A stretch of DNA of 64,000 nucleotides from Octopus sinensis (GCF_006345805.1 NC_043004.1:101122001-101186000), one strand, 5' to 3'; shown: positions 38,701-53,238, counted from the stretch's first letter. The notes: a model not told the origin generated them from the letters alone. Numbers and translations are program-made.

Positions 38701-39108
38701 AGGCACAGGAATGGCTGTGTGGTAAATAGCTTGCTTAACAACCACATGGTTCTGGGTTCATTTCCACTGCGTGACACCTTGGGCAAGTGTCTTCTACTAT
38801 AGCCTTGGGCCAACCAAAGCTTTGTGAGTGGATTTGGTAGACAGAAACTGAAAGAAGGCCGGCATATATATATATATATTATATATATATATGTATATGT
38901 TTGTGTGTCTGTGTTTGTCTCCCTAGCATTGCTTGACAACCGATGCTGGTGTGTTTACGTCCCTGACACTTAGCGGTTTGGCAAGCGAGACTGATAGAAT
39001 AAGTACTAGGCTTACAAAGAATAAGTCCTGGGGTCGATTTGCTCAACTAAAGGTGGTGCGCCAGCATGGCCACAGTCAAACGACTGAAACAAGTAAAAGA
39101 ATAAAAAG
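38701..39108 (+). mobile_element. SINE family A
   Basis: Homology to 7365-7757. Confidence 0.9.
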
Positions 39109-39285
39109 AAAAAAAAAAGAACATACCACACCCATACACACTTATACTGATAACTATATCCACACAAATACACACACACATACACACACATATATACATT
39201 GTACCTGTAAAACATCAAACAGCTTCATAAATCTAGGTATATATGTGAGGGTGTGTACATATATATGTGTGCACGTATGTGCGTG

Positions 39286-39520
39286 GTGGGGGTAGCTGGC
39301 AGAATCGTTAGCACGCCGGGCAAAATGCTTAGTGGCATTTCGTCTGCCGCTACGTTCTGAGTTCAAATTCCACCAAGGTCGACTTTGCCTTTCATCCTTT
39401 CGGGGTCGATTAAATAAGTACCAGTTATGCACTGGGGTCGATATAATCGACTTAATCCGTTTGTCTGTCCTTGTTTGTCCCCTCTGTGTTTAGCTCCTTG
39501 TGGGTAGTAAAGAAATAGGT
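39286..39520 (+). mobile_element. SINE family B
   Basis: Homology to 9697-9926. Confidence 0.9.
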
Positions 39521-39944
39521 ATTTGCAAATGTACATTTATATACATACGCACAATATATATATGGGTATACACATATAGAATGAGTGGCTATATGTATAT
39601 GTTATGTGCTATCGTTAATCTTAAGTATATGAAGTAGTGTACATATTTCTGTATATACTTAAAACTAACAATGCAGAATTATTTTTCTAAGTGTATATGA
39701 AACCTGTACTGGATATTCTACTCAGTGGCCCTAAATTTTTGTCTGAATAAGGATCAGCTTATGACTAGCAGCATTGTATTCCCAAGTCTGAAAATAACCC
39801 CCTTTTAGCTCTCTTTGTCTTTCTCTCTTCCCTCTTTGAAAATATTCAGTTTGAGAGCCTATAGAGCTGGTTCACTTACACATTGCATTTACTACCCTTA
39901 TTGCATTTCAAGAACCAATATTTTACATGGTTTTCTTTAAAGAT

Positions 39945-40345
39945 ATGGGTGTAACTGTGTTGTTAAGAAGCTTACTTTTTTGACCATGTGGTCTTGTATT
40001 CAGTCCCACTTCATAGCACTTTATGCAAGTATCATACACTATTGCCCTGGGCCAACCAAAGCTTTGTGAGTAGATTTGGTTGAGAGAAACTGATAGAAGG
40101 TGGCGTGCTAGCAGAAATGTGAGCACAGTGGGCAAAATGCTTAGTGGTATTTCGTCTGCTGTTACGTTCTGAGTTCAAATTCTGCCAAGGTCAACTTTGC
40201 CTTTCATCCTTTCGGAGGTCAATAAATTAAGTACCAGTTACACACTGGTAATCAACTTAATCCGTTTGTCTGTCCTTGTTTGTCCCCTCTGTGTGTAGCC
40301 CCTTGTGGGCAGTAAAGAAATAAGAAACTGACAGAAGCCCATCAT
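39945..40345 (+). mobile_element. Old family A head with a nested family B SINE (~40099-40322)
   Basis: TSD agaaactga(t/c)agaag on both sides of the B copy. Confidence 0.8.
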
Positions 40346-40639
40346 AAATGTGCGTATGTATGTGTGCATGTGTGTGTGTGCATATGGATGTACATATATA
40401 TTATATGTGTGTGTGTGTGTATATATTATATGTGTGTGTGTATATATGCATATTATTATTATTATTTAAAACAGTTTGATTCAGCCCCATGCAACTTAAA
40501 GTTTTTGTAAGAAGCCTAAAAGACTTTAAGTAGCATGGAGTCCAGATCAAATTGTTTTAAATAACACATGTAATTCCTACCAAATGTACTGAGTGCTTCT
40601 TTCTTTCATTGGTCCACTCACCCATCTATAAACGGTAAA

Positions 40640-40975
40640 GACCCACTTCCGTCTTGAAATGACCATGTGATTGCACCTAGAATGTTACCCTCCAAGGCAT
40701 AAGTCTGGGCAAGGTTGTTTATGGAAGAGCAGAAGTCGCCCATGCATACCATCCTCCCTTCTCCATGCCACCAGTATGAATTAAGGGAAAGGCAAAGGGG
40801 CCAATACAGCTTGGCACCAGTGACGTCACAACTCATTTCTACAGCTGAGTGAACTGGAGCCATGTGAAATAAAGTACCTTGCTCAAGAACACAACACACA
40901 GCCCGGTCCAGCAATTGAACGCCCTATCTCATGATTGTGAGCCTGACACTCTAACCACTGAGCTATGAGCCTTCA
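40640..40975 (-). mobile_element. SINE family D with the gaccatgggattgcacctag-type tail
   Basis: Same tail as 32590-32790 and 52645-52850. Confidence 0.75.
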
Positions 40976-41563
40976 TACTCACCCATGTATATATATGTAT
41001 ATATGAGCAAAACGCCCCCAGTAAAATGGACAGTGCTAAGTTGTCAAACATTTAAACCAAATTTTCTCAGAACAACTTGTCTGACCATCCCATAGGCCTC
41101 CCCTTTGAGAAATACTGATTTAACCTAAATTTGAGACACCGGCAAAAGAAGAAATAAAGATAGACTTCTTTCTATTCCAAGAAAAACGATTTTACAAATG
41201 CACGTTCCCACGGCTTTATTGATCGCATTCTCACCTGGAATCGATTTTTGTAATTTTTTCAAGACTTATACATGCCCTGATACCGTCAGTACCAACATAT
41301 CAAATTTGATCGCAATCAGATAGAAGATGCCTGAAATCCAAGAAGATACACAAACACACAGACAGAACGGATTTTATATAAGAGATATGTATATATCCAA
41401 CACTCAGCAGTACTTGATCACAAAGACTCACACATCGCAAATCATACTGTATCCCTTATGTATGAAAAATACTCAGTCAAAACTATTCTGAATTAATGCT
41501 TATCTTGTAGCCAATGGTTGTATGTTACAAAAATTGAATTCAGCTTCCCAGAAATATTATATA

Positions 41564-42176
41564 CCAGCAGTATCACCCGGCGTTGCTCGGGTTTGTTTCA
41601 ACCCTTTAGAATTGGAATTTTTGAAAAGTAAAAATTTTGCATTATGATGCTTGTTATTCTTTTTAAGTGAACATTTTTCTGGTTGAAATACACCGTAAAA
41701 TGGCTACACAGCAGTAAAAAAATTGTAAAAAATATGGATTTTCATAGAAAAAAAGCACCTTTTTGATGTAAATAATTTTTAGTGTTAACATGGTCCGATT
41801 TGAATTTTATCTTCTACGGAAGGAAGAGCAAGCCTTCTGCTATCATACTTTCAATTTTGGTCAACTTGCGCCGCAGAGTCTCGGAGGAGATAGTGTTAGT
41901 TGAAGGCTACCAAATCTGCCACACACACAGACAACCTCAGCTTTATATATATAGATTTTCATAGAAAAAAAGCACCTTTTTGATGTAAATAATTTTTAGT
42001 GTTAACATGGTCCGATTTAAATTTTTTTTCTTCTACGGAAGGAAGAGCAAGCCTTCTTCTATCATACTCTCAATTTTGGTCAACTTGCGCCGCAGAGTCT
42101 CGGAGGAGATAGTGTTAGTTGAAGGCTACCAAATTTGCCACACACACAGAGACAGCTTCAGCTTTATATATATAGA
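41564..42176 (-). mobile_element. Non-autonomous Helitron with tandemly duplicated 5' ~220 bp
   Basis: rc TC start; hairpin cccgagcaacgccggg then CTGG|T; units 41737-41953 and 41954-42176. Confidence 0.8.
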
Positions 42177-42489
42177 TTTCAGTCTGTAACCAATACCACA
42201 CCACGCCTAGGACAGAGTACCCATCATATATACATTCCAGGTTGATCATTCTCCACCTATTACTTTACAAGAACACAGAACAAATCATTACCATATCAGT
42301 CTCGTCAAGCTGTCACTGATTTAGCCAAAGATTAACCTGAATGAACTATGGGTGCTGTCCCTCCTTTTTTTAAAATAATACGAAGGGGGGGAAAAGATGA
42401 CAAATAGAAATATAGAATGACAGATGAGTATTGGGTGATAGATAGACAGACCAATTAATAGCTAGCCAGCCGTTAGTACAACCCCCCCG

Positions 42490-42759
42490 TCACACACACA
42501 CATACACACATGCATGCATACATAAATGCATTCATACATACAAACATACACATTATATGTATATGTCATGTATATGTTAGTATGTATATGTGTGTGTGTA
42601 TGTATATATATATATATATATACATACATACACACACTCATGCATGCCATCATATACATACTTACATATACATGCACATATATTCATATGCATCCTTATT
42701 TGACAACTTGATATATATATATATATACATATATATATATTATATACATATATATATAC

Positions 42760-42797
<38 letters not shown>

Positions 42798-42839
42798 ATG
42801 TATACACATATATGTATGTATATACATATATGTATATAC

Positions 42840-42873
<34 letters not shown>

Positions 42874-42921
42874 ATATATATATAATATATATATATATAC
42901 ATACATACATATATATTATAC

Positions 42922-42968
<47 letters not shown>

Positions 42969-43004
42969 TATAACATATATATATATACATACATATATAT
43001 ATAC

Positions 43005-43060
<56 letters not shown>

Positions 43061-43064
43061 ATAC

Positions 43065-43097
<33 letters not shown>

Positions 43098-43130
43098 TAC
43101 ATACACACACACACATACATACACACACAC

Positions 43131-43160
<30 letters not shown>
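42490..43160. repeat. Long degenerate (TA)n/(CATA)n microsatellite
   Basis: Directly visible. Confidence 0.95.
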
Positions 43161-43161
<1 letters not shown>

Positions 43162-44416
43162 GCTAGTCCAACAAGGATGCTAGAAGTCAGTGTAATAGAT
43201 CTCTACTTTACCCAAATACAGCAACAGGGAGGCCTGAACATTAGAAACGAAAGCATAAAATAAATACTAAGCAGAACTCATAAACAAAGGAGGGTAATAC
43301 GAGACATCATCAATAATTATGCAAACCAGCGAAAGAAAGGGTGTTTAATTATATAACGGATCATATATCCAAGACAACCGCTATCCAGTTATGTAAATGA
43401 AGACATTCAAAACATGAAAAGAACCATTTCCTCAAAGGTTAACCTTCTTTTGATTATTTATAAGAGCTTCCTCCACCATTTCTCAATGCCATTTTACTTT
43501 GCCTGTTTTATTGCATCAGTTTTTTTTTTTTTATATTTTTTTGGGGTATTTTTGTTGTATTCTTTTTTTTTTTTTTTTTTTTGGTTTAACCAACGCCTTC
43601 AGCTTCCTTCACATTTTATTCAGATTCTGCAAAAAACCCAAAACATCTGTTTCAGTAGAAGTTCATCATTTTAATACATTAACATTAAACCCTTTATTTC
43701 TATTAGCAAATATATCTTATCAAACCGGGAAACGGAAGTTCCATTGTTTTCACTGTTGTTGTTGTTGTTGTTGTTTTTGTTGTTGTTGTTGTTCTCATTA
43801 TCATTGTTATCGTTCTTACCTCAGAATACAAGTAAACTTTCAATCAGTTGAATTCATCTATTTAAATTTTTTTTTTTTAATTATGAGCCCAGGACTCATA
43901 TAAAACCAGTTACCTGGTTTCCATGGCATATAAGTTATCAGAACATAGCATTCTCCCTGAACAAGCGGCCAATCCATTGTAGGATTCAGCACCAGCATTT
44001 TTGAGGGGGGAGGCGCAAACCAATTAAATTAACCCCACCACTTGACAGGGTGGAGGCACGTGGCATAGTGGTTAGGGTATTGGACTCATGATTGTTAGAT
44101 TGTGGTTTCAATTCTGGAACTGGGCAACATGTTGTGTTCTTGAGCAAAGCATTTCATGTTGCTCCAGTCCACTCAGCTGGCAAAAATGAGTTATCCTGTA
44201 ACAGGCCAGCATCCCATCCATGGTAACCAGGAAGGAAACTTTACCTTTATTTTACTTCACCTTTACCACTTGACATGTACTTTATTTCATCAAACCCTGA
44301 AGGGATGAAATGCAAAGTTTACTTCAGTGGGATTTGAACTCAGAATGTAAAGAGTCAGAATTGCCACTAAACATTCTGTCCAACCTGCTTATGATTCTGC
44401 CAGCTCACCTCCTTAA

Positions 44417-44638
44417 CCCTTTCTTTACTGTATTTATTTTGAGATGCTCTGTATTTCTTTCAATTAATTTTAAATATAACAAAGAATTCAGTAAAATAAC
44501 TTAGTTATCACTAAGCTAGTGTTAGGAACATAAATTGTGAGTAAGGTTTGGTAGAAGATTTTAATTCAGAACTTTTGAAAACAAGACATTTGTACTACAG
44601 AGCCAGAGCCGGTTTCAGCTGGGTTGGTAACGAAAGGG
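44417..44638. mobile_element. piggyBac-like MITE
   Basis: TTAA|CCCTTTC...GAAAGGG|TTAA. Confidence 0.88.
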
Positions 44639-45850
44639 TTAAATCCATCTTTAAATGGATTCAGTTCTCAATATGGAGCCATCCACCTTATGAGCTTTTA
44701 AAATTCCTATGAAGTAGTCATTTTTCATCCCAATTAATTTTTTGCATATTTGCAGAAAAAAAAAAAACATCATTCTGTTGTTAAGTGGAAGTTGTAATTT
44801 TCTTGTAAATCAAGTTTGTAATCTAGTTTCAATTTCTTGTTGGTGTGTATACCAAGTTTCTTTATGTTTAACATACACATCATCATCATCATCATCGTTT
44901 AACGTCCGTTTTCCTTGCTAGCACGGGTTGGATGGTTCGACCAGGGTCTGGGAAGCCAGGAGGCTGCACCAGGCTCCAGTCTGATCTGGCAGTGTTTCTA
45001 CAGCTGGATGCCCTTCCTAATGCCAACCACTCCGTGAGTGTAGTGGATGCTTTTTACGTGCTACCAGTACAGGTGCCAGGGGAGTCTGGGAGTCTCACAC
45101 ACACACATTATAAGCAATCTTAATAGAGTGCATAACAAGTAACCTTAAATATAGGCAATGAAATCCCGGAAAAATATCTTTTAAGTATAACATGCATTGA
45201 CTTTTCTTTAGTATTATGACCCACGGAAAAGGGAAGAGTTAGATTTATTATAACAGCATTTTAAATTACACTGAGAAAGTCGATGCATCTTAAATGAAAC
45301 AAAAAGCAAATTCAAAAGCGACATTAAAAACTTTACAGTACAGACCCCAAATGTTGATTCAAAGTCAACGTAGAGGAAGCTACATGGTCAACACTATTGA
45401 TATATGTACTCAACCATCCCCATTGCTAAGGGGTGTGAGGCACAGTACAACACTGCAACCTCACTATTCAATGGTGTACCCAAAGATTTAGGAAATACAG
45501 TTTACAAAAATCTTCTTGCAATACATTCCCTGAAGTCTGACAAACTTACCCATGGCTAAGAGGGTACACTGGATGCACTGCCTTCTCACTATTCAACTTA
45601 TCACAAGAAATTATTGCTCGTATAGCAGCAGGGTAGTGGATTGGCAAATCAGTAAAGAGAATAAAAATGCCTTATAGTAATTGTTTCCGTTCTTCACATT
45701 CTGAGTTCAATTCTCACAGATATCATCTTTGAATTTCATTCTTCTAAGATCAATAAAGAAAAATACCAGTCAGAATTGCTGCTTTCTGCCTAACTGGTTT
45801 CATATAAGATTTCCACCGAAACAGCAGTTATACTATTACATCCTTCAACC

Positions 45851-46078
45851 CACTAGTGTAGGTAGTGGGTGGGGCAGTAGGGGTGGTCCACCCCAGGTGG
45901 CACTTTTGGGTCTGCTGTAAGCAATGTGTGTTTTTTCTGTGGTCCAGGAGCAACAAACGGAAGGGCCACCCTGAATGGCATTTTTGGGTCTGCTGTTGGC
46001 AATATGTTTTTTGTTCAGTCCGGGGGGCAACAAATGGAAGGGCCACCCTGAGCGGCACACACTCTAGCTATGCTAGTG
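45851..46078. mobile_element. hAT-like MITE with internal tandem duplication
   Basis: TIRs cactagtgtag / ctatgctagtg; 8-bp TSD cttcaacc/cttcagcc. Confidence 0.8.
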
Positions 46079-46759
46079 CTTCAGCCATAGAGGCCTAAAC
46101 TTATTATAATTTGGTTTATTTTCTTTGGGTTTTTAGTTTTAGTTTTTACAGGTTTTATAGGGTTGTTTTTATTGTTGCTTTTATAAGTTTTGTAAATTTT
46201 GTTATTGATTTGAAAGGATAATTTGTAGAATATTTTTATTTTGAAGTGTGTGACCTCCTTCTGCCTTCCCATTTCTCCTCTTTCTCTTGCCTTACCCCAT
46301 ACACTTATGCAAACTCCCACCTGCTCACACTCCTGGTTTCTCTGTCCCTACTCATTTCTACACATACCTTGCAGTGCCACCTGGACACTTCATCACCACT
46401 TACTCTTCACAGCTGCTACTGATGACTCATTTCTCACTTATCTTAAATGTGAGTAGCCATGTAGCTCCACTGCATCAAAAACTTGCTCTGCCCCATCCAC
46501 TTCTCTCATATCTTAACCATCACCTGCTCATATAAAACCCCACCTATTGAGTTCCATAGGGTTGAAAACTGCATGGTTATTTCACAAGTACTGATAGCAT
46601 GCGAAAAGCACCTATGCACTCTGTAAAATGGTTGGCATTAGGAAAGGGGTCCAGCTGTATAAACCATGCCAAGCAGACACTGGAGCACAATACAGTCCTT
46701 GAACCCATTAGATCTTGTCAAACTGTCCAACCCATGCCAGCATGAAAGATGGACGTTAA

Positions 46760-46980
46760 CCCTTTAGTGTTTAAACCGGCTATATCCGGCCCGAATATTC
46801 TACTCATTTTATGCTCAAACTGGCCAGAACCAGCATCTCACACCTACCCTGCAATGTCATTCTAAAAATAAACAATTACATCTTTCAAATCTTGAAGCTA
46901 CAAGATAATACCAGATTAATTTTTTTTAAATGTAAATGAATAAGGATTACTTCTGACATATTAATTTGAATGCTAAAGGG
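46760..46980. mobile_element. piggyBac-like MITE inserted in the TTAA of a family E tail
   Basis: gacg-TTAA|ccctttag...ctaaaggg|TTAA-atgatgatg. Confidence 0.88.
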
Positions 46981-47639
46981 TTAAATGATGATGATGATGA
47001 TGATGTACTTTTATGTGAACTCTTGTTAAGCTTATCATGTTTTAGTCTGTTAGTCTTTATGAAACCCAGTGTGGCAATAATCAATAGCATTTTCAACACT
47101 TTCATACCTTGCATCTTATTTATTCCAATCTAAAAAATTTTTTCTACTTCACAATGAAAATACTTTCTGTTCAGAGGTATGAAGATTTCTATTTTGGCAT
47201 TCAAAACTCTGTTTTCTCAGTGTTTGATAAAGACATCAGGATAATCTTCCTTCACATAATTGTCAATTTATATAAGTCTTTATGCAGTTCAACCATTGCC
47301 AGATACAAATTGTGGACTACCTTCTCATTTCTCATTCTGTTTGATATATTGCCAAATTAATATAATCCCACTCAGGGACATATCTGTGAATATATTCCAT
47401 TTATTGTTACAGTTGAATAGCAGAAATGATAGAGCAGATGTAGTTTATATCTAAGTCCTGAGACTCAATAAAATGAGTATCAGTTATTCACTTGGGTCAA
47501 TTCAATTAACAAAACCCCTTCACCTACAAATATATCAATGTGTGCAGATGTTAGAAAACATTATTATTGTTATTGGTGAGTTGGTGGAACCATTAGCTTG
47601 TTGGACAAAATGCTGAGCAGCATTTCTTCTGACTCTCTC

Positions 47640-48045
47640 TCTCTCTTTTACTTGTTTCAGTCATTTGACTGTGGCCATGCTGGAGCACTGCCTTTAGTCG
47701 AAGAAATCGACCGCAGGACTTATTCTTTGTAAGCCTAGTACTTATTCTATCAGTCCCTTTTGCTGAACTGCTAAGTTATGGGGACGTAAACACACCAGCA
47801 TCGGTTGTCAAGCGATGTCGAGGGAGACAAAAAAAGACACACAAACACACACACGAATATATATATATATATACATATATATGACGGGCTTCTTTTCAGT
47901 TTCTGTCTACCAAATCCACTCACAAGGCTTTGGTCGGCCCAAGGCTATAGTAGAAGACACTTACCCAAGTTGCCACGCAGTGGGACTGAACCCAGAACCA
48001 TGTGGCTGGTAAGCAAGCTACTTCCCACACAGCCATTCCTGCACC
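47640..48045 (-). mobile_element. SINE family A inserted into an old family B copy (~47575-48205)
   Basis: B head before and B central domain after the A copy. Confidence 0.85.
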
Positions 48046-48309
48046 TCAGTTCAAATTCCACTGAGATTGATTTCACCTTTCATCCTTTCAGGGTCAATGA
48101 AATAAAGTACCTGTCAAATACCGGGGTCAATTTAATCATCCTACCCTACTTCCTTCAAAATTACTGGCCTTGTGCCAAAAAAAAAAAAAAGAATTAGAAA
48201 GAATTATCATTTGTGTTGTGTTAGTATTTCATCCTTTTATGCTAAATATCTTGGGCCCTAATGGCCAATAAAAGTAATCATCATCATCATCACCATCATT
48301 ATGATTTTA

Positions 48310-49490
48310 TTGTTAACATGGTGGGTCCTCTTTTCTCTTCCTCCTAGACTGGAATCTTTGTCTCATCATCAGAAAGTATCTTTATCATGTCTTTTCTATA
48401 AGTGCTTTCATGGTCATGGCTGTGATGAATTCTCTGGTCTAATACCCTCTATCACAGTAGTTCTCAACTGGAGTCCATATGGTCCCTGATGGTCCATAAA
48501 AGACTTTTGTGTGGGACCCATGCAACAAATTAGTAAACTGAGATCCACAATAGTATTTTAAGGGCCCCTAAATAATTTTGCTTTTTATGTATGTATTGGT
48601 ATGGATTGCAAGAAACAGCTGGGTTTCTTTCTCTAACATTTCACAGAATTCAACCTCCGCAAGTTCAATAGGAATTTCATAAGAAGTTTCTATAAAACTA
48701 GATTTTAAATATTGAATGGCTTTGAGGGTCCCCAAGAATCAAATGGAATGGAAGCACTCCGTCGGTTACGATGACGAGGGTTCCGATTGATCCGAATCAA
48801 CGGAACAGCCTGCTTGTGAAATTAACGTGTAAGTGGCTGAGCACTCCACAGGCACGTGTACCCTTAACGTAGTTCTCAGGGATATTCAGCGTGACACAGA
48901 GAGTGACAAGGCCGGCCCTTTGAAGTACAGGTACAACAGAAACAGGAAGTAAGAGTGAGAGAAAGTTGTGGTGAAAGAGTACAACAGGGATCACCACCAT
49001 CCCCTGCCAGAGCCTCGTGGAGCTTTTAGGTGTTTTCGCTCAATAAACACTCACAACGCCCAGTCTGGGAATCGAGACCGCGATCCTATGACTGCGAGTC
49101 CGCTGCCCTAACCACTGGGCCATCGCGCCTCCACTCCAAGAATCAAATAGGAACCAAAGGAATCCATAGATAAAAAATTGTTGAGAACTCCTGCTTTATC
49201 AAGACCTTTAAGCATGTCACCCGCTTCTCTTTCCTGGCATGTCATTTCCCTATTGAATTTCCTATTAGTCATACGTAAGTCCTTTCATTCCAATTACTTC
49301 TTTCCTGGAACTGCTGCTTTCTGGAACTCATTACCGTCATCTGGTTTTCCTCTAAACTTAGCATTACAGTCCTATAAGCTTTCTGTCAATAGGACATCTT
49401 TTGAATTTGAACGCCTCCTTTCTTTTCCTTCTTTATGGTCCCTTACATCACAGTAGTGGCCTCAAGCCTTGTTTGGAACAAAATCAAAAT
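48310..49490 (+). pseudogene. CR1/L2-group LINE 3' remnant split by a hAT MITE
   Basis: LESLSHHQKVSLSCLFYKCFHG..CDEFSGLIP and SFHSNYFFPGTAAFWNSLPSSGFP..LQSYKLSVN (WNxLP motif). Confidence 0.8.
48455..49193. mobile_element. hAT MITE containing a family C SINE (48748-49133, -)
   Basis: TIRs cagtagttctcaac / gttgagaactcctg; 8-bp TSD ctctatca/ctttatca; SINE TSD ccaagaatcaaat. Confidence 0.88.
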
Positions 49491-49934
49491 CACAGAAAAA
49501 TATTATTAGACAGGCTATTTATCCCTTTCATATTTTTATTATTGGGTTGTACAGGATAGAGGGAGGATCTGAACTGCAGATTTTGGAAGGTTTATTATCA
49601 TCATCAAAGTCAACAACAACCACAGCAGCAACAACAAGCGGCTAGTCATCAACCTAGTTAGCAGCTACCAATCTACAAAACACATTAAGTAGAAAAAAAA
49701 ATAATAATTCTACAATGGGTCTAGGGTGGGAGTGTTCCAACCAGTCCAGTCCATCATTAGTCTCCTTTGCCAGACTCTAAGTTTTCCTCTTATGCTATTT
49801 ATTAATCTTACCTTCTTAAGCAGATCCTACCCAGAAGCTACCCCCTTACCTCAGATATACATAAGTAGCCTCTGGGAAAACCATCATTGTCACTGGTATA
49901 TATTCTCCCAACCCCCTCCCGCCCTCCAGCTCTC

Positions 49935-50489
49935 ACCTCTACCACCACCACCACCACCACCACCACCACCACCTCACACCTACTTAAGCAGACTACCCAA
50001 CCTCTTCCACTACCCAACCTCTTCCACCACCACCACCACCACCGGCTCCACCAGCACCTCCACCAGCACTACCATCATCACCATCTTCCCCCCCCATAAC
50101 CACCATTTCATCCACCTTCACCACCACCACCACCACCGTCTCCACCAGCACTACCATCTTCCCCCCCCATAACCACCATTTCATACACCCTCACCACCAC
50201 CACCACCACCACCGTCTCTACCAGCACTACCATCATCACCATCCCCACTCCCATAACCATCATTTCATCCACCTCCACCTCCACCACCACCACCACCACC
50301 ACCATCACTTCACCACCACCACCACCACCACATTTGCTCTGAAACATTATTATGACATAAACATCTGACATTATCCTCATGGCTCACAAATTTCAGGACA
50401 CAGAGATCACTGCCAAATAAATCTCTCTCTTCGGGCCATCCTCACTCTCCTCCTGCTGCTGTTGCTGCCGCTGCTGCTGCTACTACTAT

Positions 50490-50573
<84 letters not shown>

Positions 50574-51190
50574 AACTACTACTATTACTACTACTACTAC
50601 TACTGCCAACACTACTTTTACAGTAACTTCCATAATCACTCTCACTCCCACTGCTACTTTTGATATCACAACCACCACTACTACTATGACAACTACTACT
50701 GACAAACCTTTACTACCATCATTACTACAGCTATTTCGGTACTGCTACTACTCTCACCACCACCAACACTGCTATGAGTTCTTTTTATATCATTATCACC
50801 ACTGGATGCTGTTGTCAACACTCTATTTTGACAACCATCAGTGACATCACCACTGCTACTGCTGTTACCACCACCACCACCAGCATCACTACTACTACTA
50901 CTACTATTACTACTACTACTACTATTACTACTACTACTACTACTACTACTATTGTTACTACTACTGCTGTTGGTACGGCTGATGCTGATGCTGATGCTAC
51001 TACTACTACTACTACTACTACTATATACTACTACTACTACTACTGCTACTACTACTACTACCACCACCACCACTATCACCACCACATCATCACCACCACC
51101 ACCATCATCATCATCACCACCATAATCACTACCACCACCGTTATCATCACGACTGCCACTGCCACTACTGCTACTACTATGACTACTACA
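49935..51190. repeat. (ACC)n/(ACT)n low-complexity tract including three ~70-95-bp minisatellite units (50022-50290)
   Basis: Repeated unit ...ccagcactaccatc...cccataaccaccatttcat. Confidence 0.9.
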
Positions 51191-51311
51191 GGACAAGTAG
51201 CCATCTTCCTACCAATTGCTGAAAGAAAAGGGTGAGGGTTTTCAGGAAGAGGTAGTGAGAAAGATGGGAGTTGATGTAGTGATATATATGTATGTATATA
51301 TTTGTGTGAAA

Positions 51312-51757
51312 AGGCGGCGAGCTGGTAGAATCGTTAGCACGCCGGGCGAACTGCGTAGCCGTATTTCATCTACCGCTACGTCCTGGGTTCAGATTCCGCC
51401 GAGGTCGACTTAGCCTTTCATCCTCTCGGGGTCGATAAATTAAGTACCAGTTGTGCATTGGAGTTGATATAATCGACTTAATCCGTTTGTCCTTGTTTGT
51501 CCCCTCTGTGTGTAGCCCCTTGTGGGAAGTAAGGAAATATATATTTGTGTGTGTCTGTGTTTGTCTCCCCACCCCATTGCTTGGCAACTGACGTTGATGT
51601 GTTTACATTCCTGTAACTTAGCAGTTCGGCAAAAGATACTGATAGAATAAGTACTAGGCTTACAAAGAATAAATCCTGGGGACAATTTGTTCGACTAAAA
51701 GCAGTGCTCCAGCATGGCTGCGGTCAAATGAATGAAACAAGTAAAAGAATAAAAGAA
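51312..51757 (+). mobile_element. SINE family B followed by the 3' half of family A
   Basis: Homology to both families. Confidence 0.85.
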
Positions 51758-52582
51758 TTTATATATATTTACATGTCACAATGTTAAATACCACAAACAA
51801 GAAAGCAACACTACCACTATCTACCAACCACACCTTATAAACTAAACTGCATTCACATACCACTACCGCCTTCACCACTGCCACCTTCACCACTGCCACC
51901 TCCACCACTACACACTGTCCTTGATAAACTCACTGCACTCACATACCATCACAACCACATTCACAGAATCCACCTAATACTACATTCATATGTGTCACTT
52001 CAACCTACTACACAAGTCTTGCCAATAAGAGAGTCTCTATATGGTCATTTGTACAGCTAGAAATAACAGCTAAATTTACTCAAATTACACTCTACTGTTT
52101 TAGAAAAGTGCATAATGAATAATATGGTTCTGGAGTCTCAGCACATAGGAATAAAAAAATGGGTTAGTTGTTGTTGTAATATATTTGATCTTAGCTCTGT
52201 TGGATTAGGATTGGTCTAGAGCAGCCATGGGTAAAATGTGGCCCATGAGACTTCCTGAATGCCCACACCTTGTGAAAAATTACCCTGAAGTTTTTTAGAA
52301 GTGCAGCCTACCAGATAATGAGCCATGTTTCATGTAGCCTGCTTCTCGATGAAGATTGTCCATGCCTGATCTTGGACTAAATAACAGGTTGGTTTTACAA
52401 AGAATCCAACTACATGATTCTCAATATGCTTGAAATAGTAAGCAAATCTCCCTCAAAGTACACTTTTAGTTTCAATGAACACTTTTGGTATATTTATGAA
52501 CACTTTTGGTATATTTATTGCATTGTGTTCTTGAGCAAAACACTTCATCTTGCTCCAGTTCTTTCAGCTGTAAATGAGTGAC

Positions 52583-53238
52583 CAGGGCCATCTTGGCAAC
52601 ATTATAGGCCCCCCAGGAAAATCAATGCACTAGGCCCTGTAAAAGACCCCCTTCAGTCATGAATGACCATGGGATTACACCTAGAAAGTTCCCTTCTGAA
52701 GCACAAGTCTTGGCAAGGTTATTTATGGAAGACCAGAAGTCACCCATGCATACCAGCCTCCTCACCCCATGCCACCGATGTTATCCAAGGGAAAGGCAAA
52801 GGGGTCGATACAGCTTGGCACCAGTGATGTTGCAACTCATTTCAGTAGCTGAGTGAACTGGAGCAACGTGAAATAAAGTGTCTTGCTCAAGAACACAACA
52901 TGCAGCCCGGTCCAGGAATCGAACTCACTACTGCTCGGTTCAAAGTCTCTCTTGACCAGAAATGGCCTGAACTCTTGGCATGAACACCACCCAGTACATA
53001 ACTCCATGTCACCCTACATGGCCTTGCTTTTTGCTTTTTGAGCAAAAAATTAACTTAACTTAACTACCTCATGATCGTGAGCCCAACACTCTAGCCACTG
53101 AGTCATGCTCCTTCATAAGGCCCTGTAGTATGTACTTATTGACTGCAGATCACAGGATATATAGATCATTATTAGGCCCTTAAGCCTATGAGGTCCTCGA
53201 GAAACTCCCCAATGTGCACACACCATCAGACAGCTCTG
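52583..53238. mobile_element. hAT-like MITE inside a family D SINE, itself containing a family D SINE (52645-53115, -)
   Basis: Ends cagggcc / agctctg; TSD tgagtgac/tgaataac; inner TSD aggccctgta. Confidence 0.65.

Noticed and set aside
47108-47129. Possible 22-nt minus-strand microexon (IGINKMQ) between ttttttag and gtatga
   Set aside because: Short pyrimidine tract and no recognisable homology; expected by chance in AT-rich DNA
49726-51235. Pro/His/Thr-rich mucin- or extensin-like ORFs
   Set aside because: Open in several frames on both strands because of (ACC)n/(ACT)n repeats; no splice structure or domain
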